Origin: Eubacteriales bacterium
Lineage (GTDB): Bacteria > Bacillota > Clostridia > Oscillospirales > CAG-272
DNA length: 64,000 bases
Direction: 5' to 3'
Assembly (NCBI GenBank): GCA_034086705.1
Contig: JAXDZV010000030.1
Location: forward strand, 82,933-146,932
Shown here piece by piece: positions 17,719 through 26,368 of this stretch (its first letter is position 1; the number at the start of each line of letters is the position of its first letter). The position numbers and the translations under genes are program-made. The notes under the pieces are model-generated. The model searched no databases, was not told where the DNA came from, and saw nothing but the letters and a program-made list of their open reading frames with translations.

Positions 17719-18007
17719 ATAAAATCAATAAACAAATGCGCAGATGGAATTACGTGTTTCCACAAACATGCTCCAGAGAGGCAGCGGTAGGTGCGAGCTG
17801 CAGCATGGGGGAGAAACGGTCTCATTCCGGAGCAGGATCTCGGAAGGGCGCTACGGTAAGTGTTGCCATAGTATGAGATCCCGGAGGCCCCGTTACCATG
17901 GCTGTAGGATTGAAAGATCCTGAATAAGTGACCGTCTATGGACGGTAAGCAGGGTGGTACCGCGAATTTGTTTCGTCCCTGAGGTCTTTGACCTCAGGGA
18001 CTTTTTT
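17719..18007 (+). promoter_or_regulatory. T-box leader 3 (specifier CUC, Leu) with terminator
   Basis: AGAGAG bulge, distal loop GGTAGGTGCGA, and specifier context GAAACGGU-CUC-A-UUCC-GGAGCA pairing with a 5' GGAA. The T-box sequence AGGGTGGTACCGCG lies at 17951-17964. The terminator GTCCCTGAGGT/ACCTCAGGGAC plus TTTTTT lies at 17975-18007. Confidence 0.85.
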
Positions 18008-18037
18008 GATTACAAAAGAAAAATAAGGAGTAAAGAA

Positions 18038-19444
18038 ATGAAAAACATGCAGATATGCCAGATACAGGATGAAACGCTGTGTTGCCAGCAGCAGACACAA
18101 AAGGCCCTTTCTTTCCGTGCCCGTATGGAAATTATCGGAAAACTGATTGCTGCCGGCGTGAATCTTATTGCATTGCCGATACCTGAAAATGAAAAAGCAG
18201 ATGCCCTTTTGTTAGATACGGTGGCACCGCTTGGCGAAAATGTTTGTTATGTCATTTCCGTTTCCTCCGTAGCACAAGCCCAACGCGCAGCTGCCGTGCT
18301 TATGCACGCAGCCCACGCCCGGCTATGTGTAGAACTTCCTCTTTCTGCCATCGGTATGGAGTATTCTTTACACAAAAAAGAAAAAGACATGATCGGTTTT
18401 GTCACAGATTTAATCTCTTCCTGCCGTACTCTGTGCAATCAAGTCAGCTTTTGCGCCGCAGACGCCTTTCGGGCAGATGTTACTTTTCTGAAAAGTGCTG
18501 TACAGGCTGCCGTATCTGCAGGTGCTGATACTGTAATTCTCAAAGACAATGCCGGGATCGCTCTGCCGTGGACAACGCAAACGCTCTTCCAATCTGTTGC
18601 TCAGCAGTTGCCCGCATCTGTCTGTCTCGGCGCCGCTTTTTCAAATACTGCTTTCATGGCTTGCGCCAACAGCGCGTGTGCTGTCCGCAGCGGCGCTGTG
18701 ATACTGCTCAGCGCCATTGGCAGCAATACCTTACCGGATACTGCAGCGCTTGGGTACACTATGCAGAGTCTTTCGCATACAGAAAAATATACAACTGCTC
18801 TCGTTACAACAGAGCTTTCTCGCCTGTGCGATGCGGTGCGCGCACAGCTTTGCGGGGTAGAACGTACCACGCAGCAACAACGTACCCCCGAACAGTTTCG
18901 TTTGACCAAAGATGCCAGCGCCACAGAAGTCGCACAGGCAGCTCGCACGCTCGGATATGATCTTTGCGCAGAAGACGCCGATCGCCTGTATGAAGCATTT
19001 CGCCGCGTTTCGGAGAAAAAAACGGTTGACAGCCGCGAACTGGACGCATTGATCGCATCGGAAACAATGCAGGTGCGTCCCACCTATACATTGGAGAAAT
19101 ATCTTGTAAACGCAGGCAACGTGATGACTCCGGCCGCGCAAATCACATTGCGTCGCGGCGAAGACCGGTTACAGGGAATTTCGATGGGAGACGGCCCGAT
19201 TGATGCAGCATTTCTAACCATTGAACAAATAATTGGATGCCATTTCGAATTAGATGCATTCGAAATTCAAGCGGTAACGGAGGGCCGCGGCGCAATGGGG
19301 TCCGCCGTTGTCAGACTCCGGGCAGATGGAAAACTATATAGCGGTATGGGCAGTTCAACGGACATCATCGGCGCATCTATCCGCGCTTACTTAAACGCCA
19401 TCAACAAAATCGTGTATGATGAAATGCAGTCACAAACACTCTAA
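18038..19444 (+). CDS. 2-isopropylmalate synthase (LeuA)-like protein with degenerate active site and intact LeuA-dimer/regulatory C-terminal domain
   Basis: Start at the ATG at 18038 (RBS AAGGAG), because the ORF-track start lies in the T-box terminator. The N-terminal motif reads DETLCCQQQ where LeuA/CimA have DTTLRDGEQ. The HxH metal site is replaced by AAFSNTAF. The C-terminus GDGPIDAAF...AVTEGRGAMGSAVVRLRADGKLYSGMGSSTDIIGASIRAYLNAINK matches the LeuA allosteric domain. Confidence 0.75.
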   Translation: MKNMQICQIQDETLCCQQQTQKALSFRARMEIIGKLIAAGVNLIALPIPENEKADALLLDTVAPLGENVCYVISVSSVAQAQRAAAVLMHAAHARLCVELPLSAIGMEYSLHKKEKDMIGFVTDLISSCRTLCNQVSFCAADAFRADVTFLKSAVQAAVSAGADTVILKDNAGIALPWTTQTLFQSVAQQLPASVCLGAAFSNTAFMACANSACAVRSGAVILLSAIGSNTLPDTAALGYTMQSLSHTEKYTTALVTTELSRLCDAVRAQLCGVERTTQQQRTPEQFRLTKDASATEVAQAARTLGYDLCAEDADRLYEAFRRVSEKKTVDSRELDALIASETMQVRPTYTLEKYLVNAGNVMTPAAQITLRRGEDRLQGISMGDGPIDAAFLTIEQIIGCHFELDAFEIQAVTEGRGAMGSAVVRLRADGKLYSGMGSSTDIIGASIRAYLNAINKIVYDEMQSQTL

Positions 19445-19467
19445 AGATACAGAAAGGAGCACTCACC

Positions 19468-21969
19468 ATGAAATTATGCTTTTCTACCAAAGGGTGGCAC
19501 GGCGTGCTTTGGCAAGATTTTGTGAAAACGGCACACGCACTTGGCTTTTCCGGTATTGAGTTGCACAATTTGCACGACCCGGTATTCGCACGTACCGGTT
19601 CGCCGCGAGATCCGTATGCTGCAGGACAAATCAAACACGATTTGTTTTGTAAAGGCTTGGAAATTCCCTGTATCGATTCCATTACAGATTTGTTAGACGA
19701 TACATCTGCCGAAGAAAAATGTGAAGAAATCAGTGTTTGTTTGCGCACTGCCGCAGATCTTTCTGTTCCGTATGTACGTGTGCGTGCATACGATCATCCC
19801 GGCGCCCCACAGGCACAAGATGATACAGTGCTTTATCTGTTGCAACGGTTGCTGCCCGTAGCACAAGCAGCAAATTGCGAGCTATTGCTTGAAACAGCGG
19901 GGCCGTATGCAGACACGGCACGCCTGCGTCGTTTACTCGATCGACTCGCTTGCGACGGCATCGGTGTGCTATGGGACCTATATGCACCATGCATGGAAAA
20001 AGCAGAACCCCCGCAGCAAACTGTCACCAACCTCGGCGCATTTGTACGCCATGTGCACATCCGCGATTTTGCTCCGGAAAGCGGTACTTTTTGCCTCATG
20101 GGAGAAGGCGCCGTGCCCACACAGACACTGATCGGAGCATTGGAAAGCATCAACTACGCCGGCCATATTTGCTTTGAGTGGGACCCCACCTGGCTGCCGG
20201 AAGCAGCAGACATGCATTTGGTCTTTGCTCACTTTCGCAGTTATATGAGCCGTTACGAAAAAAAAGCTGTACAAGAAATTTACTATAACAAGTTGCACAC
20301 CGGCCGTAGAATTTGGCCCAAAGAGGTTTTAATCCGCGAAACATTTCCACAGGTTTTGGATCGCGTAGCAGAAGAGTTCCCAGACCAAATTGCTTTTAAA
20401 TATACAACTTTGGATTATACGCGCACCTATGCACAATTTCGGCGAGATGTGGATACGTTTGCGCGCGCGCTGGTTGCGTTGGGTGTTAAAAGCGGCACAA
20501 AAGTCGCCGTTTGGGCAACCAATGTTCCGGCATGGTACATTGCATTTTGGGCAACTGTCAAAATCGGTGCAGTGTTGGTTACTGTAAACACTGCATATAA
20601 AATCCACGAAGCAGAATACTTGTTGCGCCAATCTGATACACACACACTGATTTTGGTTGAACGCTGCCAAGACTCTGATTATGCGGAAATTATCCGTACC
20701 CTTTGTCCTGAACTTATCGGCAAACCAGCGCGTGATGTTTTGCATGCCGAGCGTCTTCCTTTTTTACGCCGCATCATCACCGTTGGATTTCAGATGGAAG
20801 GCTGCCTGCGCTTTGAGGATGCGATGGCATTGGCAGATTCTGTTTCCGAAGAACGGATTCGCCGCCTTGCAGCTGCTGTTCAACCGGAGGACGTATGCAA
20901 TATGCAATATACCTCCGGCACAACCGGATTTCCAAAAGGTGTCATGCTCACCCATCACGGTGTCGTAAACAACGGAAAATGTATCGGAGACCGCATGGAT
21001 CTTTCCACCGCTGATCGGATGCTGATTCAGGTACCTATGTTCCACTGTTTTGGTATGGTACTGGCAATGACTGCCGCTATGACACACGGCGCAACGCTAT
21101 GTCCTCTACCTTATTTCTCTGCTAAAAATTCACTTGCTTGCATCAACGCAGAGCATATCACAGTCTTTCACGGCGTTCCGACGATGTTCATCGCTATGTT
21201 CAATCACCCAGATTACAAAAAAACAGATTTTTCGTATATGCGCACCGGAATTATGGCCGGATCGGGCTGTCCTGCAGATTTGATGCGTCGCGCAGCACAG
21301 CCGGATGAAATGAATATGCGGGGCATTGTTTCCGTATACGGTCAGACCGAGGCTGCACCGGGTTGTACCATGAGTGAGCTGGACGACCCATTGGATGAGC
21401 GCTGCGAAACAGTCGGGCATGCTTTGCCGCACGTTGAATGTCGCATCATCGATCCCCAAACGGGCGCAGAATGCGCCGTCGGGGAAAACGGCGAATTTGT
21501 TGCACGCGGATATAATGTGATGAAAGGATATTACAAAATGCCGGATGCTACTGCCGCTGCGATTGATGCAGATGGCTGGTTGCATACGGGAGACCTTGCT
21601 TGTAAAACCCCACAGGGGAACTATAAAATCACCGGCAGGCTGAAAGACATGATTATCCGCGGCGGCGAAAACATTTATCCCAAAGAGATCGAAGAATTTA
21701 TATATACCTGTCCTAAAGTACGTGATGTGCAGGTGGTTGGCGTAAGCGATCGGCAATACGGAGAAGAGATCTGTGCTTGTGTGATTCTCAAAAAAGGAGA
21801 ACAAATGACACAAGAAGAATTGCAAAGTTTTGTGCGCAGCCATATGGCACGGCATAAGGTGCCACGGTATGTCGATTTCATGGACACCTTCCCCATGAAT
21901 GCAGCGGGGAAAATTCTAAAATATAAATTGCGCGAACAGGCAGAACAGCGTCATTGCCAAAATGACTAA
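19468..21969 (+). CDS. xylose-isomerase-like TIM-barrel domain fused to AMP-dependent acyl-CoA synthetase
   Basis: 833 aa. The first ~265 aa look like a sugar-phosphate isomerase/epimerase (AP-endonuclease-2 type) barrel (GFSGIELH..., LLLETAG, FEWDP). The remainder is an ANL enzyme with YTSGTTGFPKGVMLTH, YGQTEA, LHTGDL and GGENIYPKEIE. Confidence 0.85.
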   Translation: MKLCFSTKGWHGVLWQDFVKTAHALGFSGIELHNLHDPVFARTGSPRDPYAAGQIKHDLFCKGLEIPCIDSITDLLDDTSAEEKCEEISVCLRTAADLSVPYVRVRAYDHPGAPQAQDDTVLYLLQRLLPVAQAANCELLLETAGPYADTARLRRLLDRLACDGIGVLWDLYAPCMEKAEPPQQTVTNLGAFVRHVHIRDFAPESGTFCLMGEGAVPTQTLIGALESINYAGHICFEWDPTWLPEAADMHLVFAHFRSYMSRYEKKAVQEIYYNKLHTGRRIWPKEVLIRETFPQVLDRVAEEFPDQIAFKYTTLDYTRTYAQFRRDVDTFARALVALGVKSGTKVAVWATNVPAWYIAFWATVKIGAVLVTVNTAYKIHEAEYLLRQSDTHTLILVERCQDSDYAEIIRTLCPELIGKPARDVLHAERLPFLRRIITVGFQMEGCLRFEDAMALADSVSEERIRRLAAAVQPEDVCNMQYTSGTTGFPKGVMLTHHGVVNNGKCIGDRMDLSTADRMLIQVPMFHCFGMVLAMTAAMTHGATLCPLPYFSAKNSLACINAEHITVFHGVPTMFIAMFNHPDYKKTDFSYMRTGIMAGSGCPADLMRRAAQPDEMNMRGIVSVYGQTEAAPGCTMSELDDPLDERCETVGHALPHVECRIIDPQTGAECAVGENGEFVARGYNVMKGYYKMPDATAAAIDADGWLHTGDLACKTPQGNYKITGRLKDMIIRGGENIYPKEIEEFIYTCPKVRDVQVVGVSDRQYGEEICACVILKKGEQMTQEELQSFVRSHMARHKVPRYVDFMDTFPMNAAGKILKYKLREQAEQRHCQND

Positions 21970-22044
21970 TTGGTAAACTTTCCGCTCCTTTGTTGCATCC
22001 TGTCGAATTATGTGATATGATGATGGTAACAGGGCATAGGGAGC

Positions 22045-22929
22045 GTGCGCATGACAAGATATAACATTTTAAATCTTGCCGCCGGTCAAGGACTTGCCGG
22101 TAAGGAAAAAACCCCCCAAGGCATTGATTATTATACAAAATGCATCGGAGATGCACGGCTGTATGTAAAAGACCGCTGTTTGGCACATGCGGATGATCTT
22201 TGCTTTTGTGTGTATGGCGGAGACGGCACTATCAATGAAGTTGTCAGCGGGATTTTAGACGCAAATGCAGCAGATCGTGCCAGCGTTGGTGTCGTCCCGT
22301 ACGGTACGGGGAATGATTTTGCAAGAATTTTACAGCATATGCAGCAAGGGGATTCCTTGTGGTCCGATGTGATCCACTGGAATGATGCTTATGCCGTCAA
22401 TATGTTGAACATCGGCTTTGACTGTAGTGTAGTTGAAAAAACTGCACACATGAAAACGCTGCCGCTGATCAGCGGAAGTTTTGCATATATTTTAGGGGTC
22501 GCCGATGTACTGTTTCACAAAATCTCCCGCTCTCTGTACATCCGCTATACAGATGCAAATGGGAAGCAAGGCAGTTATGACGGGCAGGTGCTACTATGTG
22601 CCGTAGCCAATGCACCGTATTGCGGCGGCGGCTTTTGTGCTGCGCCGGTCGCGCAATATGATGATGGTCTTTTAGATCTCATGATTATCCGAAAGGTTTC
22701 GCGCGCACGGTTTTTGTCGTTGGTTTCCGCATATCGCAGCGGTACCCACGTCAATTCCGATGGCGATGTAACTCGACGCTTTGCAGACATTATTTCCTAT
22801 CACCGTTGTAAGTCCATCCGCATAGAAGGCATGGAACATGTCTGCGCAGACGGTGAAATATTTCCATGTACTGCAGCCGACATTGGCGTTTTTCCGCATG
22901 CCATACGCTTCTTGCGTGTGCATGCATAG
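22045..22929 (+). CDS. diacylglycerol/lipid kinase family protein (YegS/BmrU-like)
   Basis: 294 aa with the GGDGTINEV motif and GTGNDFAR. Confidence 0.75.
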   Translation: MRMTRYNILNLAAGQGLAGKEKTPQGIDYYTKCIGDARLYVKDRCLAHADDLCFCVYGGDGTINEVVSGILDANAADRASVGVVPYGTGNDFARILQHMQQGDSLWSDVIHWNDAYAVNMLNIGFDCSVVEKTAHMKTLPLISGSFAYILGVADVLFHKISRSLYIRYTDANGKQGSYDGQVLLCAVANAPYCGGGFCAAPVAQYDDGLLDLMIIRKVSRARFLSLVSAYRSGTHVNSDGDVTRRFADIISYHRCKSIRIEGMEHVCADGEIFPCTAADIGVFPHAIRFLRVHA

Positions 22930-22957
22930 ATTTGCAACAAATATAGGAGGAAATAGA

Positions 22958-23830
22958 ATGAATCGATTTAAAATTGGTGTAATGGCAGACTGGTTAGGCG
23001 GCACGTTCCGTCAAAACATCGAGACAACCGCAGCCATGGGCGCACAAGGCGTGCAACTATATGCAACAGGAGAATTCAGCGATTTCACACCGGACACCGT
23101 AAAAGGAGAGCGTCTGCGAGAAACAAAACGAATTCTTGCCGCAAACGGGATCGAAGTTAGCGCCTTGTGCGGCGACCTCGGCGGGCACGGATTTCAAATC
23201 CCGAAGGACAATGTTTGGAAAATTGAAAAATCCAAGCGCATCATCGATCTGGCGCTGGAGCTTGGTGCAAACGTTGTAACCACGCATATCGGTGTTGTCC
23301 CTGACACGGTTAATGACACTTATCAAATTATGCAACAGGCTTGTAATGAGCTGGCTGAATATGCCCAAAGCGTCGGTGCATATTTTGCCGTAGAAACCGG
23401 GCCGGAGAAAGCCGCCATGCTCAAGGAGTTTTTAGACAGCCTTTCTGCCCGCGGCGTGCGTGTAAACTTTGACCCCGCCAATTTGGTAATGGTAACGCAA
23501 GACGATCCGGTTGCTGCTGTACCGCTCCTGGGGGATTACATTGTCCATACCCATGCCAAAGACGGTGTAAACCTCAAGCCCTGCGATCGACATGCGATTT
23601 ACAATAGCTTTGCTGAGGGCGGCGTAGACGGTTTTTCCGCAGGTGATTATATGAAAGAGCTCCCCCTCGGACAAGGCAATGTAGACTTTCCCGCCTATAT
23701 TGCAGCACTTGCTGCAATCGATTACCGTGGGTATCTCACCGTTGAGCGTGAGGTACGCGAAGACCCTCGGGCTGACATCGAAATGGCAGTCGGCTTTCTG
23801 AAAGAACTAACCGCATCTTATCAAATCTGA
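22958..23830 (+). CDS. sugar phosphate isomerase/epimerase (xylose-isomerase-like TIM barrel)
   Basis: Start at the ATG at 22958 after RBS AGGAGG. VVTTHIG, FAVETG, NFDPANL, HAKD and TVERE are typical barrel metal-site segments. Confidence 0.75.
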   Translation: MNRFKIGVMADWLGGTFRQNIETTAAMGAQGVQLYATGEFSDFTPDTVKGERLRETKRILAANGIEVSALCGDLGGHGFQIPKDNVWKIEKSKRIIDLALELGANVVTTHIGVVPDTVNDTYQIMQQACNELAEYAQSVGAYFAVETGPEKAAMLKEFLDSLSARGVRVNFDPANLVMVTQDDPVAAVPLLGDYIVHTHAKDGVNLKPCDRHAIYNSFAEGGVDGFSAGDYMKELPLGQGNVDFPAYIAALAAIDYRGYLTVEREVREDPRADIEMAVGFLKELTASYQI

Positions 23831-23879
23831 CAATAGCAAACAATCCGACAAATCCTCGCCGGTCAGACAATCTCTACGT

Positions 23880-23920
23880 AAAAAACAAATGCGCGGACAA
23901 CTGTCCGCGCATTTGTTTTC
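23880..23920. terminator. bidirectional intrinsic terminator
   Basis: Perfect hairpin ACAAATGCGCGGAC-aact-GTCCGCGCATTTGT, flanked by an A-run on the 5' side and a T-run on the 3' side, between convergent genes. Confidence 0.8.
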
Positions 23921-23921
23921 T

Positions 23922-26168
23922 TCAGGATGCTTGATAGGGAATTGTTACTGTATCCTGCACTGTGTATGTCATTCCGTTGCAAAGGAAGCGAATTTCTCCG
24001 TCCCCGGCGAGTCGTTTCACCGTCAGCGTTTCGTGATCGACAAAGAGCTCCATTTTTTGTCCGCCAAAGATAATCTTCGTGCGGGCAGAACGCCATGCAT
24101 CCGGCAAATTCGGTTGGATGCGCAAAGAGGTGCCATACAACCGTACCCCCATGAAGCCAAGCACGGCACATTGCCATAAACCACCTGCCGCCGCAGTATG
24201 AATACCGTCATCACAGTTTCTGCCGGATCCAAGATCTTCCTGCGATGCTTCACGGAATAACCGATATGCACATTCCTTTTCTCCGACATCCGCCGAAAGG
24301 ACACTGTAGGAAGAACGACTTAGAGAGGAACCATGCACGCACAGCGGCTCATAAAAATGGTAGTTCTTTACCTTTACCTCTTTGGAAAACAAATCCTCAA
24401 AGAGCAAAAACAAAACCATCACATCCGCCTGCTTGGACATGCCTAAATGCGGTTCGGTCTTTCGGCGCTCAAGTACCTTTTCCGCATCAGCAAGATAAGT
24501 ATCATCCTGCGGAACAATTCCATCTGCGTTTTCACGCGGCAAATACAGCTTGTCACGTACCTGAGCAAACCGCTCACGCATGCCCTGGGCATCGCTGCGC
24601 GCTAAAACCTGCTGCAGCTTCTCCGGATCACTTGCAGCAAGCTCATCGTAATACCGGACAGCATAATCCAAGTTCAAATGCGCAATATAGTTGGTAAACG
24701 CATTGTTATCAATATGCTCGCGCATTTCGTCAGGTCCGATGGTGTCAAGAATTTCATAGCGGTCCTTCTCTGCATGATAACTCACACGCGTTGTCCAATA
24801 TTTTGCTGTAGAGAAAATGATTTCATAGCCATACTGGTCTAAATAACTATGATCTCCCGTTACAGCGGTATAATAGAAAATTGCCTGCACCACATCCCCT
24901 GTGATATGATGTTCAAAACGACCGGTCTGTGCAAAAGACGGGCAACATTCTACATCCGTCATCCACGCAGCTTCCCAAGGATACATCGCGCCTTCATAGC
25001 CGCATTCTTTCGCCTTTGCTCTTGCACCTTCTAATCCGTAATACCGGTATTCCAGCAACTTACGCGCTGTTTGCGGTTCGGTGAATATGAAATACGGCAG
25101 CATATACACCTCTGTGTCCCAAAAAACATGGTTGTTATAGCCATGTCCCTGCAAACCGCGCGCCCCGATGTTCATACGTGAATCATGGCGCGGCGCAGTA
25201 ATGGTCAGATTGTAAATAGCATATCGCAGCGCCTGCTGCTCATACTCCCAATCTGCATCGATTTGCACATCTTTCTCTTGCCAAACCTTTTCCCAAGCGG
25301 CAGCGCTCTCACGATACAATGTTTCAAAACTTGGTGCGTTTTCAACTTCCTGCGTCGTCTTAGCTACGATCTGTGCAGTGGAAAGAGACTGATTCTCCAA
25401 ATCACGTGAAGTATGAATTGAACACAGTTTCTCAAAGACAAGTGTCTCACCTGCAGGCAAAGTGAAGGAAAAGTCCTCAAAAATACCGTTTTTCTCTTCT
25501 GCAACACCAATGCGCCGCAACTCCCGGCTCCCCAGGCTGACACGCGCATCCGTTGCCAGAGAGAAGGTTATACCACTTTCATCCGTTACACAAGTATATC
25601 CCACAGAACTTTCCGCACTGCGTGCCGTCATCTCCATGTAGCATTCCGGCTCTGTGTTAATGATACCGGAACGTATCTTCAGCTGAACATCCCGATCCGC
25701 GCTGACTGTGCAACGTACCGCCATCATATGCAACCGCTCCAGCGGCACGATGCGCTCAAATCGGAAAGAAATTTGTTTTCCACTCTCGGTATGCCATAAA
25801 AATGAACGCGTCAGCTTGGCATCCCGCAAATCAAAGCACTTGCAGAAATTTTCATACTTATCTGTGTGCTCTCCCTGTGCCACGGGCATCGGGCGCACTT
25901 CTTCGCCGTCTGCGGTAAAAACGGTGTTAGTAAAGTCCGGTGCGTTTTGAATCCATGTGACCTCTCTGTCGTGCAAATTGAACATACCGGCAACCAGCAT
26001 TAGCCGGTCAGACAGCCCCGGGATATACTCGTCCTCACAAGAACGAACACACATGTACCCATTTCCTAAGGTCATATTGACCTCGTTTTTACGCAGCTCT
26101 TCCTTCGTGAAATAATCATTTCCGAACATCCAAGTCCGCTGCGCACCTTCTCCGAATTCCCAAATCAT
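23922..26168 (-). CDS. glycoside hydrolase family 65 protein (kojibiose/maltose/trehalose phosphorylase-like)
   Basis: About 748 aa, with a three-domain GH65-like layout, e.g. GARGLQGHGYNNHVFWDTEVYMLPYF and a C-terminal beta-sandwich. Start at the ATG at 26168 after GAAGGGAG. Confidence 0.8.
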   Translation of the reverse strand: MIWEFGEGAQRTWMFGNDYFTKEELRKNEVNMTLGNGYMCVRSCEDEYIPGLSDRLMLVAGMFNLHDREVTWIQNAPDFTNTVFTADGEEVRPMPVAQGEHTDKYENFCKCFDLRDAKLTRSFLWHTESGKQISFRFERIVPLERLHMMAVRCTVSADRDVQLKIRSGIINTEPECYMEMTARSAESSVGYTCVTDESGITFSLATDARVSLGSRELRRIGVAEEKNGIFEDFSFTLPAGETLVFEKLCSIHTSRDLENQSLSTAQIVAKTTQEVENAPSFETLYRESAAAWEKVWQEKDVQIDADWEYEQQALRYAIYNLTITAPRHDSRMNIGARGLQGHGYNNHVFWDTEVYMLPYFIFTEPQTARKLLEYRYYGLEGARAKAKECGYEGAMYPWEAAWMTDVECCPSFAQTGRFEHHITGDVVQAIFYYTAVTGDHSYLDQYGYEIIFSTAKYWTTRVSYHAEKDRYEILDTIGPDEMREHIDNNAFTNYIAHLNLDYAVRYYDELAASDPEKLQQVLARSDAQGMRERFAQVRDKLYLPRENADGIVPQDDTYLADAEKVLERRKTEPHLGMSKQADVMVLFLLFEDLFSKEVKVKNYHFYEPLCVHGSSLSRSSYSVLSADVGEKECAYRLFREASQEDLGSGRNCDDGIHTAAAGGLWQCAVLGFMGVRLYGTSLRIQPNLPDAWRSARTKIIFGGQKMELFVDHETLTVKRLAGDGEIRFLCNGMTYTVQDTVTIPYQAS

Positions 26169-26286
26169 TTTGCGATCTCCCTTCAGGAATATATTCAGCA
26201 AAATTAACCTTACATATTATACTGTATCCTTTGCCATTCGTCAACCCCATTTTCTCCTTCAGTGGGGAGAGTACTGCAAAAAATCC

Positions 26287-26315
26287 TTGCAAAAGCGGCT
26301 TTAGTGTGATAGAAT
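26287..26315 (+). promoter_or_regulatory. putative extended -10 promoter for the radical SAM operon
   Basis: TTGCAA at 26287-26292, a 17-nt spacer ending in TGa, then TAGAAT at 26310-26315. Confidence 0.45.
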
Positions 26316-26368
26316 GATGCCATAATCACGATGCTGAAAGGCTGCTCCATTTGTGAGCAAAATCATAC

